Of a stretch of 64,000 nt of DNA, positions 11,908-25,200 are shown one piece after another. The notes beneath the pieces were generated by a model that ran no database searches, was not told the DNA's origin, and worked only from the letters and a program-made list of their open reading frames with translations. This stretch comes from Mobula hypostoma (lineage: Eukaryota), in assembly GCF_963921235.1 (NCBI RefSeq), contig NC_086099.1, positions 104,036,001 to 104,100,000 on the forward strand. Direction: 5' to 3'. Every line of letters starts with the position of its first letter. Position 1 is the first letter of the stretch. The translations under genes and the position numbers were made by a program.

Positions 11908-12738
11908 CCACGTGTGGAAACATACATACTTGATCATATTGAGTTTGAACGTCTTCCCTCGTACGGGTGAGCATTAATTCCAGTGTGGAAGAACTCACTT
12001 TGTAGTTGTCCCCCTTCGCACTATATCAAGAACTTGCTGTGTGAAGCCCATGTGCTAGCTGATGTTCAATTGCTCATTCACTTGAATTAGACTGTGTACA
12101 CCAATAGACCGGATTGTAAGAGTCTGCAGAGGTCGTTGTTTCAGCCTGGCCCATCACGGGCATCTGCCAACCCACCATCGAGAACAATCCTTTGACTGCT
12201 TGATTTGGTATTGTTCAGGAAAGAGCTATTATCTTGGAGCCTTCTCATTTGCGGGTACTGGCTTTTATTTCTCTTATGGTTAGGAGGGTGATCTTGCTTA
12301 AGTGGAAGGAGATTGCCCGCCCCCCCCCACACATACTCAATGGTTATGAGATGTTATGTCATGTTTAAATTTAGAGAAGATTCGTTGTTTGATTTCTGAT
12401 TCTAATCAAGATTTTCAAAAGCTATGGGGACCCTTTCTGAACTATATTGAAAATCTTTGAATTGTTATTGTTATTAAGATATAGAAGTATAAAATAATAT
12501 ATGGTAAAGTACTCTTTCTTTTCCTTTTGTTTTTTTACCACCCAGCTTTGTCTTGGTAGTGGGTGTAGATTTTTTTATAATATAATTAACTATATTATTG
12601 TATTTCATAATTCAATTTATTTTATTTGATTGATCATGAATATGGGATACCGTGATTGTATTAGTGTGATTGTATATAGTGCATTTTCTGCTACCTTATT
12701 TTGATTTATGATAAGTACCCTTATGAATTCTTTATTTG

Positions 12739-14438
12739 TGTCATAAGGGGTTGTGCTGGTAGCGGACCCAAATGCAAGACACAGACACTGAAGTATTAAG
12801 AACAGGACAGAACTAGAGACTAGAGTTAGGGACGTGACTGGATGCAGACTAGGAACTGGGACAAGAACACAGACATGGGCTAGGACATTGGCTAGGCAAG
12901 CAGGACCAGGACAAGGAACTGGGAATTAGGAGCCTGGGCTTGGACTCCGAGCCGGAGGCTGGACAAGGATCCAGAACCTGGGACATGACTTGGGCTCGGA
13001 CCCCGGAACTAGGCGAGGACATGAGGTAGCTACAGGACTGGACATGGCTTGGGTTCTTCATGGCTTTGGTACCTGTAGGCGTGGGCACTTCATGGCTTGG
13101 AAACTTCGAGGCGAGGACATGAGGAGGCTTGGGTTTGGACTCCGAGCCAGAGACTGGACAAAGACACAGAACCTGGGTCTTGACTTGGGCTCAGACTCCG
13201 GAACCAGGTGAAGACACGACGGGATCTTGGGAGACAGGACTAGATGAGGCTACAGGACAGAACAAAAGACTCCTGGGCAAGATGAGGGAACTCCAGCACA
13301 GGACGAGGGAACTCCAGCACAGGATGAGAACATAAAGCCTTGACTTGGTACTCAGGAGCAGCTGAGCGTTGGACTTGGGACGACAGGAATGCAGAACACA
13401 GAGCCTTGGTCTTGGGGAGTACAGGAAAACAGAACCTTAGTCGAGAGAGACAAGTGCGCAGAGCCTTGGTCAAGGGAGACAGGAACATGGAACACAGAGC
13501 TGGGAACCCTCCTTGGGAACACGACGTAGGGGCGGGACTCATGCATAGAACAGAGAGAGACAGTTCTCAACACAAGGTAGCGGCAAAAGGCCAGACCTAC
13601 CTAGCAAAGGTGTGGACATAGAGATGGTTCACAACACAAGGTAATGGCAAACAGCCAGACCTACCTAGCAAAGAGGTGACATAAAGACAGTTCCCAATAC
13701 AAGGTAGTGGCAAAAGGCCAGACCTACCTAGCAAAGGTGTGGACATAGAGACGGTTCACAACACAAGTTAATGGCAAACAGCCAGACCCACCTAGCAAAG
13801 AAGTGACATAAAGACAGTTCCCAGTACAAGGTAGTGGCAAATGGCCAGACCTACCTAGCGAAGGTGTGGACATAGAGACAGTTCCCAACACAAGGTAGCA
13901 GCAAATGGCCGGACCTACCTAGCAAAGGTGTGGACACAGACAGTTTCAAACAACGATAGACAGTTCCTTATCTTGCTCTGGCGATTGATCTTGACAGCGG
14001 TGCAGGCGAAGATTGCAGGTGAAGGTAACAAGCGAGGCAAGGCTTCAGACACTGGTTGCAGGGCAAGGCTTCAGGTAGAGGCTTCAGACAGAGGCTTCCA
14101 AAGGAAGGGGAAGGGAAATGGAAAAGTCCAGCCTCAGGGTAACAGCAAAAATGGCCTGTCTTACCCAACAGAGGCAAGGACAGGAAGGGACAGATCCAAC
14201 CGCGGGGTAACAGCAAAGCCAGCCTGACTTACCCACAGAGGCAAGGACAGGATACTGACAAGACAGACCCAGATCCACACACGAACCCAAGGCCATTTAT
14301 GTTCCCAGCCCCAAGGCGAGCATCGGGGGCCTATGATTAAGTTCAACTGAAACAAGGGACAGCCAGAAGATCTGAAGTCCGGAGTCCACAGACCGGGCTG
14401 TGAACCGGAACGCGGACTTCACGAACCGGACCATGACA
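12739..14438 (-). mobile_element. Solo LTR B (1700 bp), related to solo LTR A
   Basis: TGTCA...TGACA termini; TSD ATTTG at 12734-12738 and 14439-14443; shares GGACCCAAATGCAAGACACA and the CCGGACCATGACA end with LTR A. Strand inferred from LTR A. Confidence 0.85.
13561..13940. repeat. 63-64-bp minisatellite, 6 units, inside solo LTR B
   Basis: Units start at about 13561, 13625, 13688, 13752, 13815 and 13879 (core GCCAGACCTACCTAGCAAAG). Confidence 0.9.
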
Positions 14439-15687
14439 ATTTGTGTATATGAAATTTAAATTTAATAAAAATATTGGAAAAAGAAAGAAAGATTTAAGGT
14501 GAAATTATTAAAACCTGCGAAAATTCGCACTGGCATTGTGCAGATTTGGCCGAGGACCCATTGCTCTTCATTCTTTAATTAGTTAATTTATTAAATGAAG
14601 AAATACAGGACTGTATACTGAAGATTCAGAAGCACTGACAACAGATTCTTCATCAGAAATACAATTTATTTTAATTTCTTAATACATTTGACGAATGCTT
14701 AACAAATTCATTCACATATATCAAAAGTCCAGCTTTGATGGATAATAAACTGAATCCAGTCAGTAAAAGTTCCCTCGAGAAAAAATATTTCCATCCACCT
14801 ATAAAGTTTATTCTTACTTAAAACTTTTATTTCATCCAGTGATTATCAGACTATTAGCAGCACTATCTTCTAAAATGTAGATATTTTACATAAGAGTTAC
14901 ATCAGTTCAGAATTACTTCAACAGATTTTAGATAGATTCTAAAATCTGGCACCTTACAAAGAAAACACTGTATTGTCATGAAAGTATCAACTGTCAAAAA
15001 CATTGCAGTAAAAAGGCACATAGTGATTTTCAAACATTTGTACTGGTATTTCTACATAAGATTGTTTCATTCAAATTAGAACATATTTGGTCCAATGTAT
15101 ATCCATCAGTATATCATCAAATCCGAACAGAATTTAAACAGGAAAGGGCAAGATAGGAGTGGGATTGCTGTGAACAATCCCATGGATCCTCCTGCTTTAA
15201 TTTCAGGTATGGGAGAGAGCACAGTCCACAACCCCATCACTGGCTTCCCTTGTGGCCTGAGATCACTTTAACTCTGTAGTCATGGAGATTCCTTCACTAT
15301 CTTAGTTTATTACCACCAACATCTTCCAATCCGATAGATAATATTAAATTTTAGCAAATGACTCCGGTCTCATTTACATTTTTCCACAAGGTCACAGGTT
15401 CAGAATCTACTTTAATTACCAGAAATTGCACAAGAACCCTATGATGTGCACAAAATGTAACACAAACATCAGATGGTGTCCTCAAATGCAAACAGGTCGT
15501 GTGTCCAGGTAAAAAAAATGTCCTGTGACAGGGAGGAACAGCAAGATCACTCTCCGAAGACAATGAAGAGGAGACACTGGAATGAACCACTGGATGGTGA
15601 TATCACAGAGTTAACACCCAGGGCTGAACTTCCATCATTCCCCATCGGATAATCCAGAGATGGAATTCATTCGCTCATTTTGCAGCT

Positions 15688-17399
15688 TCAGTTTTTTGAA
15701 TTGTGTTGTTTCCCACCTGTAAAATTATTGAATAATTTGTATCATTACTCACAGGTTTTCAGCATATAGTATCTCAAGCAACAGAATTAAATGAGTTTTC
15801 AAACTGACTTTCCACAAAAAAATGCCTTGGAAACTTGCTCGTACCTCATTGATATTGCAAAAGGTATAAACCAAAATGCATTGTACTGTGTTCAAGTTCA
15901 TTTCTAACATCTCACAAAGTTATACCATGCAAGCATATAATGTACCATTGCTGTCTTCCCTGGCAACAACAGTTCATTATCTACTGTATTGATCTGAGTT
16001 GGATCACTTCCTGGCACCCATTTATCATCCTATCATCTCTTTACAAGGAAAGTCTCGAGAGCAGGCCTTCCCACCTTCTTTGTACTGTGGACTCCGTGTT
16101 ATGAACCCCTGTTCTAGAGAGTGAACACCGTAATTAAGCAAGGGATCCATGGACCCCATGTTGGGAACCCCTGTTCTAGAGAGTAAACACTATCTGTAGC
16201 TCAAACACCAGAATGCTGGAGACCATCCAGGACAAAGCGTTATCTGCAACTGGCACCCCAATAATTTATTCACTCAACTGCCCCTATTCTATGGCTGCAA
16301 CCAATGGTGAAAATCATTACTTAATATTTTATTCCCAACATCTCTGGTAAGACTAAAAATCATTCTTCATTCATTAATCTCAGCGAGAGTTAAAGGGTTT
16401 GATAAACTGCACCAGACATCAGTTCTGCAATTAATAGCTTTATGGTGACCCAATCTCTACTTCCTGGTCCCTACCACAGTTCCAAGGAACATTAATAATG
16501 TGAGAGGCTCAGCTCTGACAGCAAACATGGCGAATGAGTTTGCTGTCATTCCAGGTTACGGTTGGAATGACAGTGAGGAGCAGACAGCTCCCTCCACTAT
16601 GAAGGGCCAGAGTCACACAGCAAAAACAATTCTTTACATCTACGTTACTTAGCAGCTTAAGAGTAAAATTTTGACAAGCACCAAACACTGACCTTTCATG
16701 GCTGTTATGAGAGCCTGCAACCACCTGGCATCAGGATCCACACACACTTTCGTCTCATTTTTCAGGGTGATACTGCGAAAAAACAGTATCATTCAAAATT
16801 TAATTCACAGAAACAGTATGTCTTCTCTTGAAATAATGAAATAAACATCAGTAAAGGAATGAAGTTAAAGTTGATAATCTGGCTGCTTTACTCACATTAT
16901 CTCTGCTCTCTCACAGTGGGATCCTTTGGGAATGTATTTCAAGCTCCTGATGGACTTCGGATGAATAATATCAAAGCTGATCCGAATGCAATGGCACCGT
17001 CCTTGTGCTCCTGGGATCGGAACACCTGAGGAAAGATTATATTCACTCAGATTTCATTGTTGCTTCAAGGAGAACAAAGCCTGTAAAACTTGCTGATACT
17101 CCACCAGTGTTTTTGCTTCATCAAAGCATCACCAGACAGGAGCTTGCATATCTCACTATCAAATGTTGCAGGAAAGCTGCATGAATTAATCTTATATAAA
17201 TCTGATGCTGATGCAATTTACAGTTACAGATATTTAAATATTTCTCACTTTCATTCCTTTCTACATGGTAAACAATACAAGAACCACAAAATAGGTACAT
17301 CACTTGAATAAAACTCCAGTTCAGATATCTCAACATACCCTGTGCAGCAATGGCACACAGAAGGAGGATGACGATGGTCACAGTGGCTGTTCTGTCCAT
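15688..17399 (-). CDS. CXC chemokine copy 2; exons 17399-17339, 17025-16896, 16772-16693, 15716-15688; 99 aa
   Basis: Spliced product MDRTATVTIVILLLCAIAAQGVPIPGAQGRCHCIRISFDIIHPKSIRSLKYIPKGSHCERAEIIITLKNETKVCVDPDARWLQALITAMKGGKQHNSKN*. All splice sites are GT-AG and the four cysteines are intact. Confidence 0.93.
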
Positions 17400-17487
17400 C
17401 TTCCACTTTGTACAGCAGACGGATCTTCTGTTCAATGCAGCTGCTCTCTGCTGAATCAAGACATGCTGAAACCATTCAGTGAGCTTC

Positions 17488-17603
17488 TATTTATTGGGAC
17501 ACTCTTCTCCAATTTGCATAATCTCATGCAGGGAACTCTGCCAAACACTGACGTCCTGAAGCAGGGGATTTCCTGCTCCCAGCTCAGATCTACTTTCACT
17601 TCT
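17488..17603 (-). promoter_or_regulatory. Proximal promoter of copy 2
   Basis: Same motifs at the same spacing: ATTTGCAT 17512-17519, GGGGATTTCC 17564-17573, ACTTTCACTTCT 17592-17603. Confidence 0.7.
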
Positions 17604-19657
17604 GTAGCTTTACATTTCAGCATGTGTGTGCTTCAGAGCTGTAATAGGATTATCTATCAATATAGCTGTTGATTCTGTTGGACTAATTTGAAGATTGATT
17701 TGTTTATTTTCAGGAAGAAATGAATAATTCACTTTTAGCAAAGTTAATGGTGCAAATGAACCAATTGTTTGCTTTCTAGCTTTCAAATTCCAGTTCTGGG
17801 CCTTATTCTCACAGGTTTGGAAAGTCTGCAGTTCAGGAGAGCATGCTCACTAAAAGATGGAGTTTATACCTGCGATTTCCGGGAAATTGCTCTCCCATTC
17901 AAAATCTTCATGTTGCAGCATGTCTCTCAGCTCTTTAATGTTGCAGGTTTGGAAAATACATAGATATTTCCAACATTGGATACAATCCACACTTTGTCTG
18001 AAGAATCAGCATGTTGCTGCATTGGTCCCAGACCTGGAATCATTCTTAAAACTTATCCATCCTCAGTGTTCACATTCTAAATCCCTGCACACCTCAGCAC
18101 TGAGATTGAAGTTTTCGGGGATCCCAAATCATACTCAGCTCACAGATAGGCTTATTGTGATGCTGAAGCTGCTGTTTTTCAGCTCCAGGAGTCTTGAGTA
18201 TGTGTTTACTTATACCTTCAGGTTATGCAGTCTTTGCTGTATAGAATAATGTCTAGTCCTCAAGCCATTCTATACCTGATGACAACTACATTACAATATT
18301 CTCAAAAGCAGACACAAAATACTGGAGGAACTCAGCAAGTCAGGCAGTTTTGTGCAGATGTGAACTTTTAGGATTTATAGAATAGAGCCTGGTCTCTGAA
18401 ACATGCTATATTCTTTGATAACTACCATTGAATAAGCTTACTCAATTAAAAGTTTAAAACTCAAGTATTATACACAATTATTCTCTGGAATTTATTTAAC
18501 ACTTCCCCAATGTCTCAATCAGTCCCATACACGAGTGATAGGATATATTATGTATAGACAGTGGGTTTATATGCGAGCAAAAATATTTGTGTAGAGAATG
18601 GTGTGGGATAAGTTGGACAATATTGCAAGATCTGACCAGGTTATTACGTGCTGTAATAAGGCTTTTGCTGGAATATTTGCTGCAGCAACAACTGTTCATT
18701 GTGCTCGTCGTCCAAGAGTGACGAAACATCTGCTTCAGGGCTTTCTGGAGCTGGTTCAAGTTTTAGTTCCCAGATTTGTGAATTGTGGAGCCTGGAGCCG
18801 TGTTGACTCCTCCCCCTGGGGAAAGTACAAACATCAGTGAAATTCAGAACTGCAGCACAGATTGCAGCCAGTGTTTGTGAGACCACGTGATTTCCAGGAA
18901 ATCAGCTTGTTTTATGCTTCATGATGTTCTATACATTGAAGTCTACACTTGCTCCTGTTTGCTTATCATTTGAAATATATCACAACAAACAAAAAGACTA
19001 TTCCCAGATCAGCCATGTTACAAGCACGTTGGAGTAAACAGAAGCAATCTGTTTTAAGTGTGTATAATATTTTTTACCGTTCTCCATTAACAAAGATAAT
19101 GAGTTCCACGGGAGGTACAAGGCCAGGAGCCAACTTCTACTGCACTGGTAAAATGAATTGTTAATATATTAAATTCACCCATAACAGTAGTTCATGAAAA
19201 TCAACAAATTAATCAGCACGTCTAAAATTCAACACAGGGGCACGTGTTTTTTTTCAGAAAACCTGCACTTGACAACCACGAGATTCCTGTACAACACTAG
19301 CAATATATTCAATGTCAGAAACTGCATCCCTTTCTTTGGCTGTTGCATCCAATAATTTCCAAAGTTATGTTTTGATGCAGCTCTTTCAATACCACATAGC
19401 TACTTTGCCCAGTTTGCAGAGGTGGACCCAATGTAATCAGTCTCCAAGTAGATTTAAACTGAACTATGTGAGGAATACAAAAGTGAATTGATTTTCTCAG
19501 CATTGGTGGCCAAAGCAGATTAAATTCTGATCCTGACTTTGCTTAACCGCACATACTGTAAAAAAGAGACAGTACATATCCATCCTCAGTCCGTCAGATT
19601 TCACTGACACACTGACGTCCATTCCAGTGTCAGGTGTGATAGGATTTGCGATGTTAA

Positions 19658-22117
19658 GTGCAAACTCCCATACTCCCATACTGTTAGGGGTCTAGATGGT
19701 TTAGCGTTTGTAAAATGTGTTCAGGAAAGTTTTCTAAATCAATATATAGAGGGACCAACGAGAGGGATGCAATATTGGATCTCCTGTTAGGAAACGAGTT
19801 AGGACAAGTGGCGGAAGTCTGTGTAGGGGAGCACTTTGGTTCTAGTGATCATAATACCATAAGTTTCAATTTGATCATGGACAAGGATAGATCTGGTTCT
19901 AGGGTTGAAGTTCTGAACTGGAAGAAGGCCAAATTTGAAGAAATGAGAAAGGATCTAAAAAGCGTGGATTGGGACAGGTTGTTCTCTGGCAAAGATGTGA
20001 TTGGTAGGTGGGAAGCCTTCAAAGGGGAAATTTTGAGAGTGCAGAGTTTGTATGTTCCTGTCAGGATTAAAGGAAAATTGAATAGGAATAAGGAACCTTG
20101 GTTCTCAAGGGATATTGCAACTCTGATAAAGAAGAAGAGGGAGTTGTATGAAATGTATAGGAAACAGGGAGTAAATCAGGTGCTTGAGGAGTATAAGAAG
20201 TGCAAGAAAATACTTAATTAAGAAAGTAATCAGAAGGGCTAAAAGAAGACATGAGGTTGCCTTGGCAGTCAAAGTGAAGGAAAATCCAAAGAGCTTTTGC
20301 AAGTATATTAAGAGCAAAAGGATTGTAAGGGATAAAACTGGTCTTCTTGAAGATCAGAGTGGTCGGCTATGTGCAGAACCAAAGGAAATGGGGGAGTTCT
20401 TAAATAGGTTTTTTTGTATTTACTAAGTCTGTATTTACTAAGGAAACTGGCATGAAGTCTATGGAATTGAAGGAATCAAGTAGTGAGATCATGGAAACTG
20501 TACAGATTGAAAAGGAGGAGGTGCTTGCTGTCTTGAGGAAAATTAAAGTGGATAAATCCCCGGGACCTGACAGAGTGTTCCCTCGGACCTTGAAGGAGAC
20601 TAGTGTTGAAATTGTGGGGGCCCTGGCAGAAATATTTAAAATGTCGCTGTCTACGGGTGAGGTACCGGAGGTTTGGCGAGCGGCTCATGTTGTTCCATTG
20701 TTTGAAAAAGGATTGAAAAGTAATCCGGGAAGTTATAGGCCGGTGAGTTTAACGTCAGTAGTCGGTAGGTTATTGGAGGGAGTACTAAGAGACAGAATCT
20801 ACAAGCATTTGGATAGACAGGGACTTATTAGGGAGAGTCAACATGGCTTTGTGCGTGGTAGGTCATGTTTGACCAATCTATTGGAGTTTTTCGAGGAGGT
20901 TACCAGCAAAGTGGATGAAGGGAAGGCAGTGGATATTGTCTACATGGATTTCAGTAAGGCCTTTGACAAGGTCCCGCATGGGAGGTTAGTTAGGAAAATT
21001 CAGTCGCTAGGTATACGTGGAGAGGTGGTAAATTGGATTAGACATTGGCTCAATGGAAGAAACAAAGAGTGGTGGTAGAGAATTGCTTCTCTGAGTGGAG
21101 GCCTGTGACTAGTGGTGTGCCACAGGGATCAGTGCTGGGTCCATTGTTATTTGCCATCTATATCAATGATCTGGATGATAATGTGGTAAATTGGATCAGC
21201 AAATTTGCTGATGATACAAAGATTGGAGGTGTAGTAGACAGTGAGGAAGGTTTTCAGAGCCTGCAGAGGGACTTGGACCAGCCGGAAAAATGGGCTGAAA
21301 AATGGCAGATGGAGTTTAATACAGACAAGTGTGAGGTATTGCATGTTGGAAGTTCAAACCAAGGTAGAACATACAGGGTTAATGGTAAGGCACTGAGGAG
21401 TGCAGTAGAACAGAAGGATCTGGGAATACAGATACAAAATTCCCTAAAAGTGGCGTCACAAGTAGATAGGGTCGTAAAGAGAACTTTTGGTACATTGGCC
21501 TTTATTAATCAAAGTATTGAGTATAAGAGCTGGAATGTTATGATGAGGTTGTATAAGGCATTGGTGAGGCCGAATCTGGAGTATTGTGTTCAGTTTTGGT
21601 CACCAAATTACAGGAAGGATATAAATAAGGTTGAAAGAGTGCAGAGAAGCTTTACAAGGATGTTGCCAGGACTTGAGAAACTCAGTTACAGAGAAAGGTT
21701 GAATAGGTTAGGACTTTATTCCCTGGAGCGTAGAAGAATGAGGGGAGATTTGAAAGAGGTATATAAAATTATGATGGGTATGGATAGAGTCAATGCAAGC
21801 AGGCTTTTTCCACTGAGACAAGGGGAGAAAAAAACCAGAGGACATGGGGGGAAAAGTTTAAAGGGAACATTAGTGGGGGCTTCTTCACACAGAGAGTGGT
21901 GAGAGTGTGGAATGAGTTGCCAGAGGAGGTGGTAAATGCGGGTTCTTTTTTAACATTTAAGAATATATTGGACAGAAACATGGATGGGAGGTGTATGGAG
22001 GGATATGATCCATGTGCAGGTCGGTGGGACTTGGTAGAAAATAGTGTGGCACAGCGAAGAAGGGCCAAAAGGCCTGTTTCTGGGCCGTAGTTTCTATGGT
22101 TTCTATGGTTTTCTATG
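19658..22117 (+). mobile_element. Young 5'-truncated CR1 LINE (unit 2)
   Basis: Endonuclease tail (GSSDHN), RT (KFADDTK), several frameshifts, (TTCTATGG)n tail; empty site in the copy 1 flank at about 1700-1725. Confidence 0.95.
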
Positions 22118-22225
22118 GTTAGAGTTTCCAAATGTTCGACTTCATTCAGAAAATTATTCTTTCAGGTTCCCACTCCGGATACCAGGTACACACTCAGTTT
22201 GGGGTTGATGGCTACTGGCAGTAGG

Positions 22226-25200
22226 AGGGCTTAGTAGGAGGGGGAGGGGTAGTAGCCGCAACCCCATCATCTCCAAGAGCCTTCTGAGGGCCCTGTTGTC
22301 TGTCGGGGTTGGGAGGTCAGCGATAGCCTGCACTGTGGCTTGCATCGCCGCCAGCTGTCGCTGTGTCACCACAATTCCTAGGTAAGTGACCTTCGTGTGG
22401 CCGAACTCATTTTTTTCAAGGTTCACTATCAAGCTGGCTTCAGACCGCCGTATTACATTGCCAATACACACCTCTGTGTTCGTCAGCCCTTTAGTCACTG
22501 AATTACTCATTCTATATGGATGTTGTTCACTATGCAGACACCACCCAACGTCCCAGTTCTTTGCATCGCTTCGGGACAATCAAACACACGTGTGCGAGTC
22601 ATTTAATTACTTCTCCTAAAGAGTCGCTTTGTTCGGGGATTAAGGGAGAGACCTTATCAGCAGACCTGGCCAAAACAATAGCCTTCTCCCATCTGGTCGA
22701 TACCATACTCATCTTTTCAAAATGGTTTTTTTGTCTTATCGGGGGGATCCTGGCTTCATTGATTTCCGCGCTAACTCCGACGAGGTTTGTTAGCATATCA
22801 AAAGCCTGTGACCGTCTCAGTTCGCGTCGGCCATAATCAATAACATCCTTCCTCCGGTGCAGCCAGTAAACCTCTTTCATGATTCCACCAACTGTTCCCT
22901 CCAGTACCGCAAAATGTCCACCGGGGGGTACCTTGTGGGCTAGGTTAAAAATCTCATCCCCATAACTCTTTTGCACCACCCCCCATTCCTCATCTGCGGG
23001 TACGGTACTTGGTCTCCCTTGCTTCCTTAGCACTTCCTCCTCCACACAATAGCCTACTAGTTCCCTTGTTAAGTATGTGTCAGAGAGAGCTGTCTCTGCC
23101 AAAACCATCAGCCCCTCGTCTTGCTCCTGCGTCTGCACAAATTCTTTCCTGGCTACTGCTACGTCTGTCCCAGCTCCCTCACTACTTCTTGTCTCACTAC
23201 ACTCCTTCTTTTCACTTTCTACCCCCTTCTTGTACAAGGCTGGCAGAAACGTCTCAGCTAAATTTACTACCGGGGTCCCGTGATGAACCTGTGAGTTCAT
23301 GGGCGGGGTCTCAATGCTGGCAGGCTGACCTGTCAATCTCACGACTGGGAACACGATTCCCCCAGCGACGTCATTACCGAGCAAGACTTCCACGCCTTTC
23401 ATCGGTAATTCGGACCTCACCCCGATCGTGACTAGTCCAGAGACCAGGTTGCTTTGTAAGTGTACCTGGTGCAAAGGGACTGTCTCTGTCCCTTCTCCAA
23501 TACCTTTGACCTTGACCTCCCAAGTCTGGGTCTCTGAGCTAAACTCGAATGCACTCTTCAGTATTAGTGACTGACACGCTCCTGTGTCTCTCCAGATCCG
23601 CACTGGAACTTGCTTTAACCCCTCCTTCACTGACACCAATCCGGCCGAGATAAACTTCTCGCACCCTTCCTGAACTTTGGCAGACCTGTCCTTCCCTAAC
23701 GGTTCGTTTACCAGCTCGATACAGCCAGTCAAAATCGCCGTTTTTCCTTTTCCCGTCTCCTTCTTTGGGGCAAAGCACCTGGACGCAAAGTGTCCGACTT
23801 TCCCGCAATTATAACAGACGACCCCAGAAGACTTCCTACCAGACTGCTCCCGGTCTACCTTATCCTTCTCACTAGCCCCCGGCTTACTTTCTGACTTTTC
23901 TGGCCGACTCTCCCCGCCGTCCTGACTACCCTTCTGGTAGGCTTTACTCGGGGAAAACTTCATTTTATGCGTCAACGCATACTCATCCGCTAACTTAGCA
24001 GTTGCGGCTAACGTGGTTGCCTCTTTCTCATCTAGGTAGGGTCTCATACCCTCAGGGACACAACCCTTAAACTGCTCAATCAGGATCAGCTGTAGCAGTC
24101 TGTCATAATCCCCCTCTACCCCCTTCAAGGTGCACCAACGCTCACAATATGTCTGCATCTCACGGGCAAACTCTAAATACGTGCGGTCCCACTTCTTCCT
24201 CGCATTCCAGAACCTCTGCCGGTATGCCTCCGGGAACAACTCATAAATCCTGAGGATGGCCTCTTTCACCACCTCATACCTCTGGGCATCTTCCGCGGAC
24301 AAAGCCGAGTAAGCTTGTTGGGCTTTCCCTTTCAGTACACTCTGAAGTAAAACAACCCACTTATCCCTCAACCAGTCCTGACTTGTAGCAACTTTTTCGA
24401 AATGGAGAAAGTACCGATCCATGTTGGTATCGTCAAATGACGGAACCAGCCTAACCTCCTGGGTCGCCCGGAACCCTCCACCTTGGTTCGGCACGGGCCC
24501 CTGCTCGGACCTTATCTTTAACTTCTCCAGCTCAAATTCCCTTTCCCTCTGCCTCTCTCTCTCTTCTCGCTCCAACTGTCTGTCTCTCTCTCTCTCTCCT
24601 GCCTTTCTAACTCTTTCTCTTTCTCCCGCCTTTCTAACTCTCTCTCCTGCCTTTCTAACTGCTTCTCTTCGTGTTCTAACTGCCGTACCCGGAACTCGTG
24701 CTCGAGTCTCAGTTTTTCAAGCTGCACCTGTAACGCGTCTCCAGCAGGTTTTTCAATAGACACCACCCCCAGCTCACCTTGGGGAAACACACCTTTAGAT
24801 ACATAGTGCTCTACGATAGCTCTGTGTATCTCCTCTCTCCTCATTGTCGACTTCCCCTTAGCAAGATTCAACCGTTTGGCCACAGCTACCAATTCCGATT
24901 TCCTGGCATCCTCTAATGCCTCCAAGTTCAGCGCCTTTATAAATTCCTCAGCCTCCATTTCTGCTGTTTGTCTTTTCTTTCTTTCGGGAATTTTGACCCA
25001 ATCAATTTACTCCGTCCCAAATTTAGCGTTCAAAATCGCGGACGAGCCCCCACTTATGTTACGTACCCCGTAACTGGGTTGCCAAACCAGCAGAAATGGA
25101 TCACTCAGTTGGAGTCTGGATTACTAGAACTAAGAAAGTTTTATTAAAGAAACAAGCAACACAGTACTCTAATCAAACGGATAATAAATGCAACAGTTCA

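Larger units (their letters stand above)
1583..12186 (+). repeat. Inverted copy of the same duplication unit (carries copy 1)
   Basis: Reverse complement of the unit sequence, e.g. 1590-1712 vs 52208-52330, about 1720-7910 vs 14493-19650, and 11703-12186 vs 26264-26845. Confidence 0.93.
12186..14492 (+). mobile_element. 3' end of a fish-type L1 LINE (12186-12738 and 14444-14492) split by solo LTR B
   Basis: Degenerate ORF2 C-terminus LAFISLMVRRVILLKWK...THTQWL*DVMSCLNLEKIR...FQKLWGPFLNY, then an AT-rich 3' UTR, AATAAA at about 14464 and a (GAAA)n tail. Confidence 0.8.

Noticed and set aside
17121-17459. 112-aa ORF containing MDRTATV... (also 3872-4081, 31751-32089, 47235-47573, 58769-59107)
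   Set aside because: Exon 1 reading through the splice donor into intron 1; not the real protein.
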